The notes below the pieces were generated by a model, which worked only from the letters and a program-made list of their open reading frames with translations, did not search any database and had not been told where the DNA came from. A stretch of DNA of 64,000 nt. Origin: Haliotis rufescens (taxonomy: Eukaryota). A program made the position numbers and the translations under genes. This document shows, one piece after another, positions 1 to 10,968 of the stretch; the first letter of the stretch is position 1, and each line of letters begins with the position of its first letter. The stretch lies in contig NW_025963791.1 of assembly GCF_023055435.1 (NCBI RefSeq), positions 17,794,001 to 17,858,000 on the forward strand, written 5' to 3'.

Positions 1-66
1 AAGCATGTGTCTTATCTATATATACACGTATGTTTCATATTTCACCCAAAATATTTGTTGTTTCAG

Positions 67-2095
67 TTAACTGCCCTATCGATAAATACTACGACGCCGA
101 TGCGAGGCGGTGTGCGAGATGCGATGAATTGTGTCATCAAGCAACAGTCAGAGGTACAGAGAACAAGTGTCGCTGCCTTTGTCCAGGTGAGTCTGTTTTC
201 GAATCACTGCTACATATACACCAACGTTGTCAAAATGTTTTGGCGCTATTTACAAATAACACGGTATCATGGAGTCGTCCACCATTTCGTGTCCAACGTA
301 TAGTAATCAATTTGTTGTTTTCACAAGATATTTATTTTCATGTCATTTACATATATATGAAATATATATTTAATATGTATCAACAAATTTCGTTAGATTC
401 TGATTTGAGACTCCTTTATTCTGCTCAGAGACAAAATACATTCGATTTGTGTTAAGTACCAGAAAACCAGAATTCAACGTTTTTTGTTTTTGTTTTATAT
501 TAAACTAATATAACATACTTGAATATGAGTGTATTAGCTGTTATGTACACATTTGTCCTCAGTTGACAATGCTGTCACAACCACAACGACCGGTACTACT
601 CAAAACGTAACGCGACATGTTGTAGCAGTCAGTCCAAAGAACAACGTTACAAATGCAGGTAAACGTTATAACATCCACATATTGTGTCCAAGATAAATAT
701 TACATGCATAAGAAAAGAATTGTAATTTGGCCAAAACTATACAGAAAATAAATTACTTTGTCGTTGGAGCGGCGCCTCTTTTTTCCACAAAACGTTGCGA
801 TTATACAAAGACATCTATTGGCCACATTAGTTAAAAAGTTACAAAATATTAAAGAAACAGTCTCAACATCGTTTTCTAGAAAAAGATAAAGCGTTTATCA
901 AGGAATATGAGTTTAATATTATCCATACTTTAAAAAGATCGATCGTAATATCTTTCCGATATTTGCACATGTGTATTTCAGCAATTCTCAATGTTGACTG
1001 GTCAGTTGAAGCGATATAACGTCACGTCGCTTCATTGATGGCAATAGCACGATGAGACGTTATCAATGGTTTATAATGACGTCACAAATTGATAACATTT
1101 TACAGTTTTCTTTAGTTTCTTTCTTTACAAACATCCGTCTATAAGTAACTGATAACCTACTCGATGCTCGGGATTATGTAGTGTCTCTGTCTGGTAAATG
1201 AGAGCTGACAATAGGAGCTAACACCATTTATTCCTCGGTGAAGATAATCCCCAGTCCCTTGTACACCTTCGTTATGTGGGTAAAACCTGATTCCTGTTCT
1301 ATTTTCTACAATGATGATTTTCAAATAAATCCAAACAATAGCCTGGTGCCTTTTGCGTACAAATCAGTACGTCTCTGCGCCTGTTTCTGGTTTTGGTAAT
1401 TTTCTGGAAATTCATTTTCATACCTTTCCTGAAGACTAATCACAGTTTTTTGATAGACGTTGATACTTCTGACCAAAATTTCCGACAAATAAAACATCCA
1501 TTTGTCAAAGACGTTTTCTAATAGTATTGTTTTATTTACATCTGATTAGCAGGTGCAGGCACCACAAGTATATGTATATTAGGTGCAATCATCATACTTC
1601 TTTGCACCACCGTGTTGGCTGTTACTGTTTTGTGGGAAATTGGAACCCGTAGATATTATGGAGATTGCTGTGGCTTCAAGGCATCCGAAGGTATCATGTT
1701 TTGTTTAATAAACAACCCTTTAATATACAATCTGAAATGTATACATGCGTGTAAATCACCGAGAGAGTGATGTTCTCATTGGGTATTGAAACCTGAAGAA
1801 AAGAGTAACTTATGTAAGAGTAAATTATGAAATATATAAGCATGCACATACAGGCCAAATGTTTCCTTTTGGTTATAGTTAATTATAAGTAGAATGTTAA
1901 TTTAAATTTTAGTATTGATAATTATAAAAAAAACATAATCGCGTTGTGTACACTGAGTTATAAAAAATAAATATGAACAAGAAATTAATGTGTTGAATTT
2001 CAGTGGTGGAGGTTGAAAGCTCCAATGGACGGGGGAAAGAAGAAACGCTCCGCCTCAACGACCGTGAAAATGAAGATTCGCAGATACCCAACTGA
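67..2095 (+). CDS. Receptor gene 1: TNFR-like (TACI/BCMA/Grindelwald-type CRD) single-pass membrane protein, 5' exon(s) outside window
   Basis: Exons 67-186 (NCPIDKYYDADARRCARCDELCHQATVRGTENKCRCLCP), 563-658 (Thr-rich stalk VDNAVTTTTTGTTQNVT...), 1553-1690 (TM SICILGAIIILLCTTVLAVTVLW), 2004-2095 (tail ...GKEETLRLNDRENEDSQIPN*). All introns GT-AG and phase 1, frame preserved. Confidence 0.8.
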
Positions 2096-3682
2096 CAGTA
2101 AAAGATACCATTCATCATTTAATTCCAATATCGAGAAGAGAGAAATAATGTAGTTATTGTACAAACTGCAAGAATCCAACAACCACACGTAGCTGGCATG
2201 CTAGATGTGAGATTACGTTTGCCTCATTACAGACTTCAAAAGTCATGACCTAAGCAGTACTGATGCATGTCGTGTCCTTATTCTGTTACGACGTACGAGG
2301 GAACTTTCACATGATCTTTGTGTTCTTTTGGAGTATATATTAATTTTACAGCTACAACCTTGTATGACGCATGCGTTCCTTACACACATAAAATAACCTG
2401 ATAATCCTATGTACTTGTACAAGTATAATTACATCTGAGAAATAGCTTTAACGCATCTTAATCTCTTTTATTTCGTCACCTAGCCTTAAATCAGTAAAAT
2501 ACATCAATAACTCGTTCCTGCCATTGAAATCACGATCGAGTCAATCCTCAACATGGTCTCAACAAACTCTCACCACAGACTATATTACCGTGTAACGGAT
2601 CATGTTTATTTGTACCCGAAATTACTACTTGTTATTTATCATATAATGAACATTTACTTTCCAATAGCAACCGCCCCTTGCAATCGGTATAGTCTTTTTT
2701 GTATCATTTAAATGGATGTATAATGTATCGCTCATTTGAACCAAAGGTTCAAGTGAGCTTATGCCATTGCGTTTTGTGTGTCGTTACTCTAAGTTTTACT
2801 TTTTTTTATGGAACACACGTTGTGATTGAATGGTGCAACCGGTGGAGAAGGGCTGGTATACCTTTTTTGCAAACAGCTGATGTCAACACTATTTTGCCTT
2901 TTACACACAGTGGAATCAGTTTCAGCAAATACTCGAACATAGAATCTCAGGCGTTGACGTTTTAACATGTTCATATTCTCTGGAATATTCCTCTTGATTC
3001 AGAGGAATATTCCTCCTGAATGTCATCGTGAAAATTTTCACGACTATTGTTTAGCATAGGCTAAGAAACATAGGTAAAACTAGATTATATGTTGTTTAAG
3101 AAATAACTTAATTTTTTTTACGATCACTACCTCTCGGACAAAACCTTTCAAAACATATGTCACCAACGATTGTTAGTTATATAGTTAAAAGTCTTTATAT
3201 TTGAAAATAAATCTAGATCATTGATACTGTAACAATAACATTTAGTTCATTGCGATAAATGCAATAACTGTTATTGAAATATTTACATCCATACAATTTA
3301 ATGTACACCTACAATTTTGAAATAATTAAATTTTCGTTGTGTTCATTGAAATTCCTGCATTCTGATTAGCTGAATTGGTCACGTGTTATTGCATTCATTC
3401 CCAATGAATGTAAAAAATTAAGCCACCCCCACCGAGGCGCACTACATTTATTACTGCGGAATGTCGGAGAATCCCAATATTACGTGTCAAGTTATGTGCA
3501 TAAATTAAACCAGATTCATGTCACGCCACAGTATGTATTCCTACACCTGGAATGTTTACCAATCTCGTTATTTTTGTCTGTTTTGATATATACAACTGTT
3601 TTTGGTTAAACTTTTGTAGATAAAACATGTTTTACGTTGTCGAATTATATTATAAGCATTGCTTGTGTATTTTTTTCTGTTT

Positions 3683-3781
3683 ATTGAGGTATGAATCGAA
3701 AAACGATGTGCAAAATTTTGTAAGAATCCGCTACGCGGATTCATACAGGTTGCACATCCGATTTTTCATTCATACCTCAAT
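3683..3781. repeat. ~100 bp imperfect palindrome (hairpin), probably the end of a non-autonomous DNA element
   Basis: attgaggtatgaa...gatgtgcaa...gaatccgc-ta-cgcggattc...ttgcacatc...ttcatacctcaat is self-complementary. Confidence 0.55.
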
Positions 3782-4489
3782 GAACCGAAAAAATATATAC
3801 AAACAATTCTTAAATACAAAAGCCTGAATATTGAATTTTTATTTTTATTACTGTTTAAATATCCTTGTTAACCATTTTATAATGACCTATATAATCTTTG
3901 TACAAGAGGCAATTTTCACTGTATTGTATTCATTTCTATACGTCAATAACAATAAATAACCTTGTTTTATTCATCTATATGTTATTTTCTGATTAATAAC
4001 TTATTAGCATTCGAATGAATGAAAATAATATTGATATATAGCATGACGCTATATTATCGCGGTTTCGGAAAATCTCGTTATCCCTGTCGACTGTTTACTT
4101 ATGCAAATCTAAGCACGATATTTCATCGCTTGATCGAATACAGGACTCGTTGCGTTATGTCACGGCTACTCGTGAGTGTACATGTTAACTTTTTAATGAT
4201 AGTTTCTGAAATGCTTTTGAAGTGGAATATCCCCTACCTACATTCGATTTTTTTTTACAAAAGAACCCATTTGTTTGGACTATGTCCTTTGACCCAACCC
4301 AGGTCGTATGCATACTGATTATGCATAATTTAAAACAGGGAGTGATGTAAACCACATAATCCACACGTATCACACTTCAAAATAGCCATACAGCGATGAG
4401 CTGCCCGCCCTTGAGTCGCTGATGACAGGGACTTTCTTTACCGAACTCGATACCAGCTACACATGTACAAACACATACACTGATAGAAA

Positions 4490-5580
4490 AAAAAATTTAT
4501 GAAAAAGTGTCGCAAATGGTGGTACTGTATCATTACATTTAACTGATGGAAGTTCGATTTTTAGGGCAGAGACAAAAGCTGTATTATCAGCCTTGCAATA
4601 ACGTTCTTACGAGAGCAATTTCATCATTTTTTTCAGTTTATGATGCGTACAGACAATCAACAACCGTAAAACTGACCAATTTGTTTTAGTTTTCGAAATG
4701 TTGGAATATCCTTTGAATTTGTCCTTGGCTAACAATGACATCCTCTTTTGTTGGCTTCCCAGTGACGTTGGCTCAAGAGAAGCAAGGCTAGAATAACAAA
4801 GTTATTCATGCCCAACAACCCTTAATCGGGTGTCATGCCCAGACTGAGTTACGACGTCAGGATGAAGTTGTGATACGAAGATGTCGCATTGGACTCTGTC
4901 ATTTATAGTCAATCCTTCTTACTGAAGGGAGAGAGTCCCCCTCAATGTATTTCTTGTCATAATATTATAGTCCCCGGACTGTCAAGGATCATTTGTTGAA
5001 GACCCGTGAAGATTCCGGGGTAGAATTGGTCTTCAGCAACCCATGCTTGCCGTAAAAGGTGACTATGCTTGTCGTAAAAGGCGACTAACGGGGTCGGGTG
5101 GTCAGGCTCTCTGACTTGGTTGATGCATGTCATCGATCCCAATTGCGTGGATCGATACTCATGATATCAATCACTGGATTGTCTGGTCCAGACTCGATTA
5201 TTAACAGACCGCCGTCATATGGCTGGAATATTGCTGAGTGCGGCGTTAAACAACCAACCAAACAACCAATCATTTGTTGAAATGTGTGGATTCGTCAACG
5301 TTTTATATAATGTTCAAACTATTTCTGATCTTTTTTTTATACCGTTTCCAACCACTTATATTAGCATATTTGAAGCAAATTAAACTGTGATAAGATGTAG
5401 ATTTTTTAAATTGTCCCTTTTTACAGTTAACTGTGCTAAAAGATTGAAGTTTTAGTGATCTTTGTTGTCACTTTTTGTCTGTGTTCTCTTCCACAGAAAA
5501 AACTAAACTGCTTTCTCGCCGCGAATAGTTACAATACTGGTGATGCGGCTTAACGCAATACTCCCTCACTCACTCACTCA
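4490..5580 (+). mobile_element. Degenerate 3' end of an RNase H-bearing non-LTR retrotransposon (I/Nimb-like), interrupted by a SINE
   Basis: Broken-frame peptides TDGS, WLPSDVG, RQDEVVIRRCRIG, LLKGESPPQCISC. Ends in gcggcttaacgcaatactccctcactcactcactca. Confidence 0.55.
5001..5268 (+). mobile_element. SINE family A copy
   Basis: gacccgtgaagattccgggg...gtcgtaaaaggcgactaa...gctgagtgcggcgttaaacaacc flanked by 13-bp TSD atcatttgttgaa. Near-identical copies at 28740-29005 and 60947-61168. Confidence 0.85.
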
Positions 5581-6514
5581 AGGATGGCGACTTCACTTCT
5601 GATGGTTGGTGGCGCGTTAAACTTCGCGAACAACCTGATATCATCACTATTTCATAGTGATTCATAAACACATGCTTATGACACACTCTATGGACATTTG
5701 TACAAGGCGGAAGTGATCACGAGTCGGATTTTCGAGTGACGTCAACTTCCCTTATGTCAACTAATTTATGAATGGGACAAACCATACATGTTAGAAGATT
5801 TATTGTTATTACGACTGACGTACTTGTAGGTGAGTACAGGCCAAGGCATTAATTGATGTTCTTTTTTGGTTTAAAACCTATTTTATTCAATTATATGAAA
5901 TGGATCAGGTACAAATGATGATTACTTAAAATGTACATGGATGTACAACAACGATGTACATATTTTCTATAGTACAGACTAAGTAGTCTATGTCTTCAGA
6001 TACACGTACAGTAAACACATGTTGTTTTGACCATTAAGCGAACTAGTGATATCTGACGGTCGATTCCTTGATGTCATAAGATAATTCGTGTTATAACTTA
6101 TTAAATGATAATTTCAACTTTATATCAAAGAAGGATTCATTTATATAGGAAATGAGTGACACCCACGAGTACGGGAATATTCGGGGCGAGCCGTGATTCG
6201 GCGCCTTAATTAGACTATTTGGCCACTCGTGCTACATATATACCATATATACTATTCAATAAAAGTTTGAGAACGCCTGACATGTCATGACAGATTAACT
6301 GTAGTAATATGAAATAATATGGTGTTCTTTAGCTTCTTTTGAGTAGTATAATAATGTCTGATGTCAATCCCCACCTCTATGGTGTTGTGTACCACACTTT
6401 TTCAAACTGAAAGACGGACAATTAAATATTCATGGGAGAGTTGTGCTAGGCAGAATATTGTTTCTGTTACTGTTTCAAGTGACAAGACATATGATTTATT
6501 CCTCTAAATTGGGG

Positions 6515-6746
6515 GGCACGGGTGCAGAGTTGCGTCCCTTGGCCACGCCAGAAACCTATGATTGTGGGTTTGAATCCCGGTTCGCCCCGACTATGTTTGT
6601 CAGCACCATACCCGTGCTCGTGGGTTTCACCGAAGTGGTAAACGTCTGAGACCTGCATCACTTCGGGCTTTCCTCCCACATTAAGCTGACACGCCGTGAT
6701 ATAACTGGAATACTGTTAAAAGTGGCGTTAAACCCAACTCACTCAC
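6515..6746 (+). mobile_element. SINE family C copy, just upstream of gene 2 coding exon
   Basis: tRNA-like head (gggtttgaatcccgg), tail ggcgttaaacccaactcactcact, TSD tcctctaaattgggg on both sides. Reverse partial copy at ~61423-61580. Confidence 0.8.
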
Positions 6747-6837
6747 TCCTCTAAATTGGGGAGCCAAAAAATTAGATAGGGCGTTCTATATCTAAAGTCT
6801 CACTTTTGTCACCAGTGTGTACAAGAAGGGGATTGAA

Positions 6838-8090
6838 ATGTCGGAGTGCCCAAAAGACTTTTACTTGGAACCATTGTCTGGGACTTGCAAACCTTGTGAT
6901 GAATTATGCCACCAAGCAACTGTCAGGGGGACAGTCAGACTCTGTCGAAGATTTTGTCCAGGTATTATAAAATATATTAAATAAATTAATCTAGTGACAA
7001 CGACACTCCAAACCTTGTGTTAAAGACTTTTAGACAAATAGTCGGATGCATACATCGTGATTACAGTCGTGTCACTTAAACGATTTCGTCGTGTTTTTTA
7101 GGTGAACATTTGACTTGCTTTTGCGTGTGTTTGTGACGGGTGCTACCCATGGGACAGGATACGACTCTCGGGAGCCTGGTATCATCACTACACGTACTTC
7201 TGATATAGTTGGAATCGTGGAATGGACTCTGATGTTAGCAGATATTCTTTATGATCATGGAAGGGCTTTTGTTGCGTTTAACTCTAAACATGGTATCTTC
7301 TGTGTTGTAGTGGTTGTTAATGCGCCTGTCACGGAGGCACCGATCGCGACTGATCCAGTTACGACAGTTTTCACACCCAGTTACGAGCAATCAACCAACA
7401 GCTTGAGTAGTGGTAAGTTATACTTTTCCAAACACTAAAATATACCTTTTGATCCTACGCTGAAGTGAACAAATAATTATTTTTTTTAAATCTTGGGAAG
7501 AAAGTAAAATTAACGCTTATTTTAAACTGTTAATGTGGATTGACTGTCTTTTGAAAATGATATCCGTCAAGTTATCAAGAATATTTCCAAATTGCGTTGG
7601 ATAGCATTGTTCTCGTCATTATTTCATGCTCATGATAGAGTCGGTATCGGACAACCGACTCTGTTTGGGGCATTCATTTCTTATGAATATGGAAAAGGGG
7701 TTTGTCGCTTTTATTTAATTATTAAAGTATGTGTTAAAAAGTGACAATTCTAAAGTTGATACAGAATCATGTCTGCTATGTGTTACGCATTCCATTGTTA
7801 GTTATACTTGTATCTGATCCATCTTATACTCATTCGTTTTCATCTTTCACCTGTCAGTGACGCACCACTGTCTCCGGCGTTCCATTATTCCTGTGTTCTT
7901 CTTTGCAGATGGTTCACTTGAAGCGCAATATGCCGTCATTATTCTAGCGACTTTAATCATCCTGATTTCCCTGGTACCGTTAGTGGTTCTCCTAAAAAGA
8001 GAAATTATAAACTTCCTGAACAGACGAAATATGGAGACGAAGCGCGAAACCTCGCCGGGAACCCGGTTTAATACCAATCTACAAATCTAG
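6838..8090 (+). CDS. Receptor gene 2: leaderless single-CRD TNFR-like membrane protein
   Basis: Exons 6838-6961 (MSECPKDFYLEPLSGTCKPCDELCHQATVRGTVRLCRRFCP), 7311-7412 (stalk VVVNAPVTEAPIATDPVTTVFTPS...), 7909-8090 (DGSLEAQYAVIILATLIILISLVPLVVLLKRE...TNLQI*). In-frame stop at 6793 upstream of the ATG. Confidence 0.85.
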
Positions 8091-8418
8091 AAATCATTCA
8101 ACAGAAATCCGATGATAAATAGGAGTACATTAACAAAAACAACAACCTCCAAATCATGAAAATATTATTGATACATGTATTTCAACATTAGAAATCAGAA
8201 TGCAGTCTTAATACATATATTTATATTTTATGCATGCCTCGCGTGAAGTCAGTCAGAAGAATGTCCATGCATATATCACGTCATACATTAAAATGCATCA
8301 TAAGTAAATGTTTACTTCACAAGTACATGTAGATCCTTTCTGTGTTTGTGGCGGGTGCCACCAGTGGGACAGGATACGCTCACCTTTTCTCGAATGGTTG
8401 GTGTCATCACTGTCTGAT

Positions 8419-8588
8419 AGTGAGTGAGTTAGTGAGTATGGTTTTACGCTGCTTTTAGCAATATTCCAGCAATATCACGGTGGGGGAAACCAGAAATGAT
8501 CTTCTCACATTTTACCCATGTCGGGAATGGAACATGGGCCTACGGCGTGAAGAGCGAACGCTTCAAATACTAGGCTACTCGACCGACC
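8419..8588 (-). mobile_element. tRNA-derived SINE family B copy
   Basis: Reverse complement of the element at 63400-63560; flanked by TSD ctgtctgat. Confidence 0.8.
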
Positions 8589-9889
8589 CTGTCTGATTCA
8601 CAAGCACATGCTTGGGCACTGCTGTTAGAAGAGACTTAAAATGATTATGAGAAAAAGAGAAAAATAATGCCTGTTTTAGTCAGGTTTGGTCACTTAAACT
8701 GTAACTTTAATGTAACTGCAGAACACACCAATCAAAGAGAATCACCATTCGAAATTTAATATTTCATCAGACTTTTCGAAAAAGAAAAACACCCACCAAT
8801 AAAACGTATAAAATAGTATTTATCACTGTTATTTTTGTATTTGCTGAATAAATCCACTGTTTGCATATTTTCAATGTCATGTCTCTTTCACCCCCCCCCC
8901 CCCCCCGCCCCCCCCCCCCCCCCACCCCCATGGAATGAGCCTGTTACGGTTTCACGCTCCTTAGCTGTTGTATGTAACTTTTACATGTTACATGTTTTAA
9001 TATGATTATTTATTTTGACCTACAATAATTACAAATTCTAGATATATCCAGCGAAAACAAAATTCGCATTGCAATAAAAGCAACAATAAACGCATTGGAC
9101 TGCGGTTTTCAGGCAACAAACACACTACTATTTTATGCAAGTTGTCAGAATACATCGTGCTCCCGACACGGTAAGACATGCTTGTCAATTCCTCGAACAC
9201 CTGGCGTCATCACTGATTTTCAGTGATCCATTCATATAATTTTCACCACTATTTTGCCTTGTACTCCCAATGGAATCTGTTTCGTCGGGTAATCAAGATG
9301 GGTTATTCCCTGACGTCAACGTTTTACATTTGCGCAGTTTTATTATCCATGTATGATGATAGTGAGTGAGTGAGTATGGTTTTACGCCGCTTTTAGCAAT
9401 ATTCCAGCAATATCACGGCGGGGGACACCAGAAATGGGCTTCACACATTTGTATGATGATAACTGGTGAATGGGTTAAGAAACGTTTACAAGCAAACAGA
9501 GACTCTAACTGAATATCCCGCCTGATCACATCATACAGTGTTTACTTTCTGGTGATGTACTCAATGACATCAATGTGCACAGACCCGGACATAGAAACAA
9601 AGACAAGGCGATAAATGTATCGGTGACATGGTACTCGACGCATGACGGCGGGCTTTTTCAAATAAAGAGGTCATGCAAATGGGGAATCATGAAAGGTACT
9701 GAACATTTTCTCCTCTGTATCACAATGTAAATCTTCTTGGAACGTTATTCAGTCTTTTAAATGTACTTGATATGTATATGTGTCATACTTGTTGCCTCAT
9801 GTGATATATAATACTGGGTGGTGTTTCCGGTAACGACCATATTGTGTATACAGGCCATACCATCTGTTCATTCAGTCCAGTATATGACA

Positions 9890-10598
9890 TTATGTTATTT
9901 GTTAATGAAGAAGCTGGATGAATGTGGTAGAATTACTTGGGCAACTCATGTTAAATATTTACTTGACATTTATGGATTTGGTTATGTGTGGCACGAGGAG
10001 AATATTGGTGATGTTAATTATTTCTTGCAGCTGTTTAGACAGCGTTTGTTGGATTGTAACAAACAGAGTATCCAGATGAAAATTTATGAGTCTTGTAAAT
10101 TAAGGTATTATTCACACGTTAAGATATTATTGGATATGGAATATTATGTAACAGCCTTCAGAATTAGTGACCATAGACGTATGCTGTGCCTGTTGAGATT
10201 AAGTGAATTGCCTATACGGAGTAATCTGGGCAGAGGAGACGATATTGTTTATTCACAACGCTTTTGTCGGCTATATAGCAATGGTCGTATTGAGGACAAA
10301 GTATATTTTGTGTTTGTCTGCCCGTTTTAAGTATCATTACGACAGAAGTATATTCCTGTAAGATTTTATAACAATCCATGTACTAATACCTTTAGCAATC
10401 TCTTAATTAAATAGCCAAAATGACTGTTTACTCAGAAATGTAGCTAAGTATGTGAAGGAAGTTCTATCATGACGTACAAAGACCTAATATTATACCCTAA
10501 GTATTGTTTTCAATGTAAATTGCCTCAATTGTCTGTTACTATTTATAACTGAAATATACATGGGCCTATTGCCTCCCTTACATGAATAAACATATACA
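9890..10598 (+). mobile_element. 3' fragment of a CR1/L2-group-like LINE
   Basis: ORF 9818-10330 has LINE ORF2 C-terminal pattern (KLRYY...RRMLCLLRLSELPIRSNLGR...RFCRL...IEDKVYFVFVCP). tatgacatt recurs on both flanks (possible TSD). Confidence 0.65.
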
Positions 10599-10968
10599 CT
10601 GTTCAGTATGACATTTTGTGTTTCGACATACGATTTGAATCTATGACCCAACATAACCGTATGTGTATATGTGGCAACCTAACAGTAGTGCATCGTTACC
10701 AGTGTCACAAGCATGGTAAATAACCGTGATGAAATGTCGGCACGAAAAGCTGCAAGAATCCTGATGCGACGATAAGCAATATACACTTGTCATTTCAATG
10801 TTACAAAAAGCAAACACACTGAGCACAAACGATCCACGTGATCTTGAAGACACGAGATGTTCGTGACGTTCTCTTCCCCACCTTCTCTCGTTTTAAGCGT
10901 CAGTGATAGTGACCAGTTGTATTATGTGTTACTAGTATGTGTATTTAGAAAAAATGTTTTTGCTGCAG

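Noticed and set aside
30-455. 141-aa single-exon ORF (and similar read-through ORFs at 21098, 36211, 37428, 45391)
   Set aside because: Only the exon portions bounded by AG/GT are conserved between paralogs; the rest is intron read-through.
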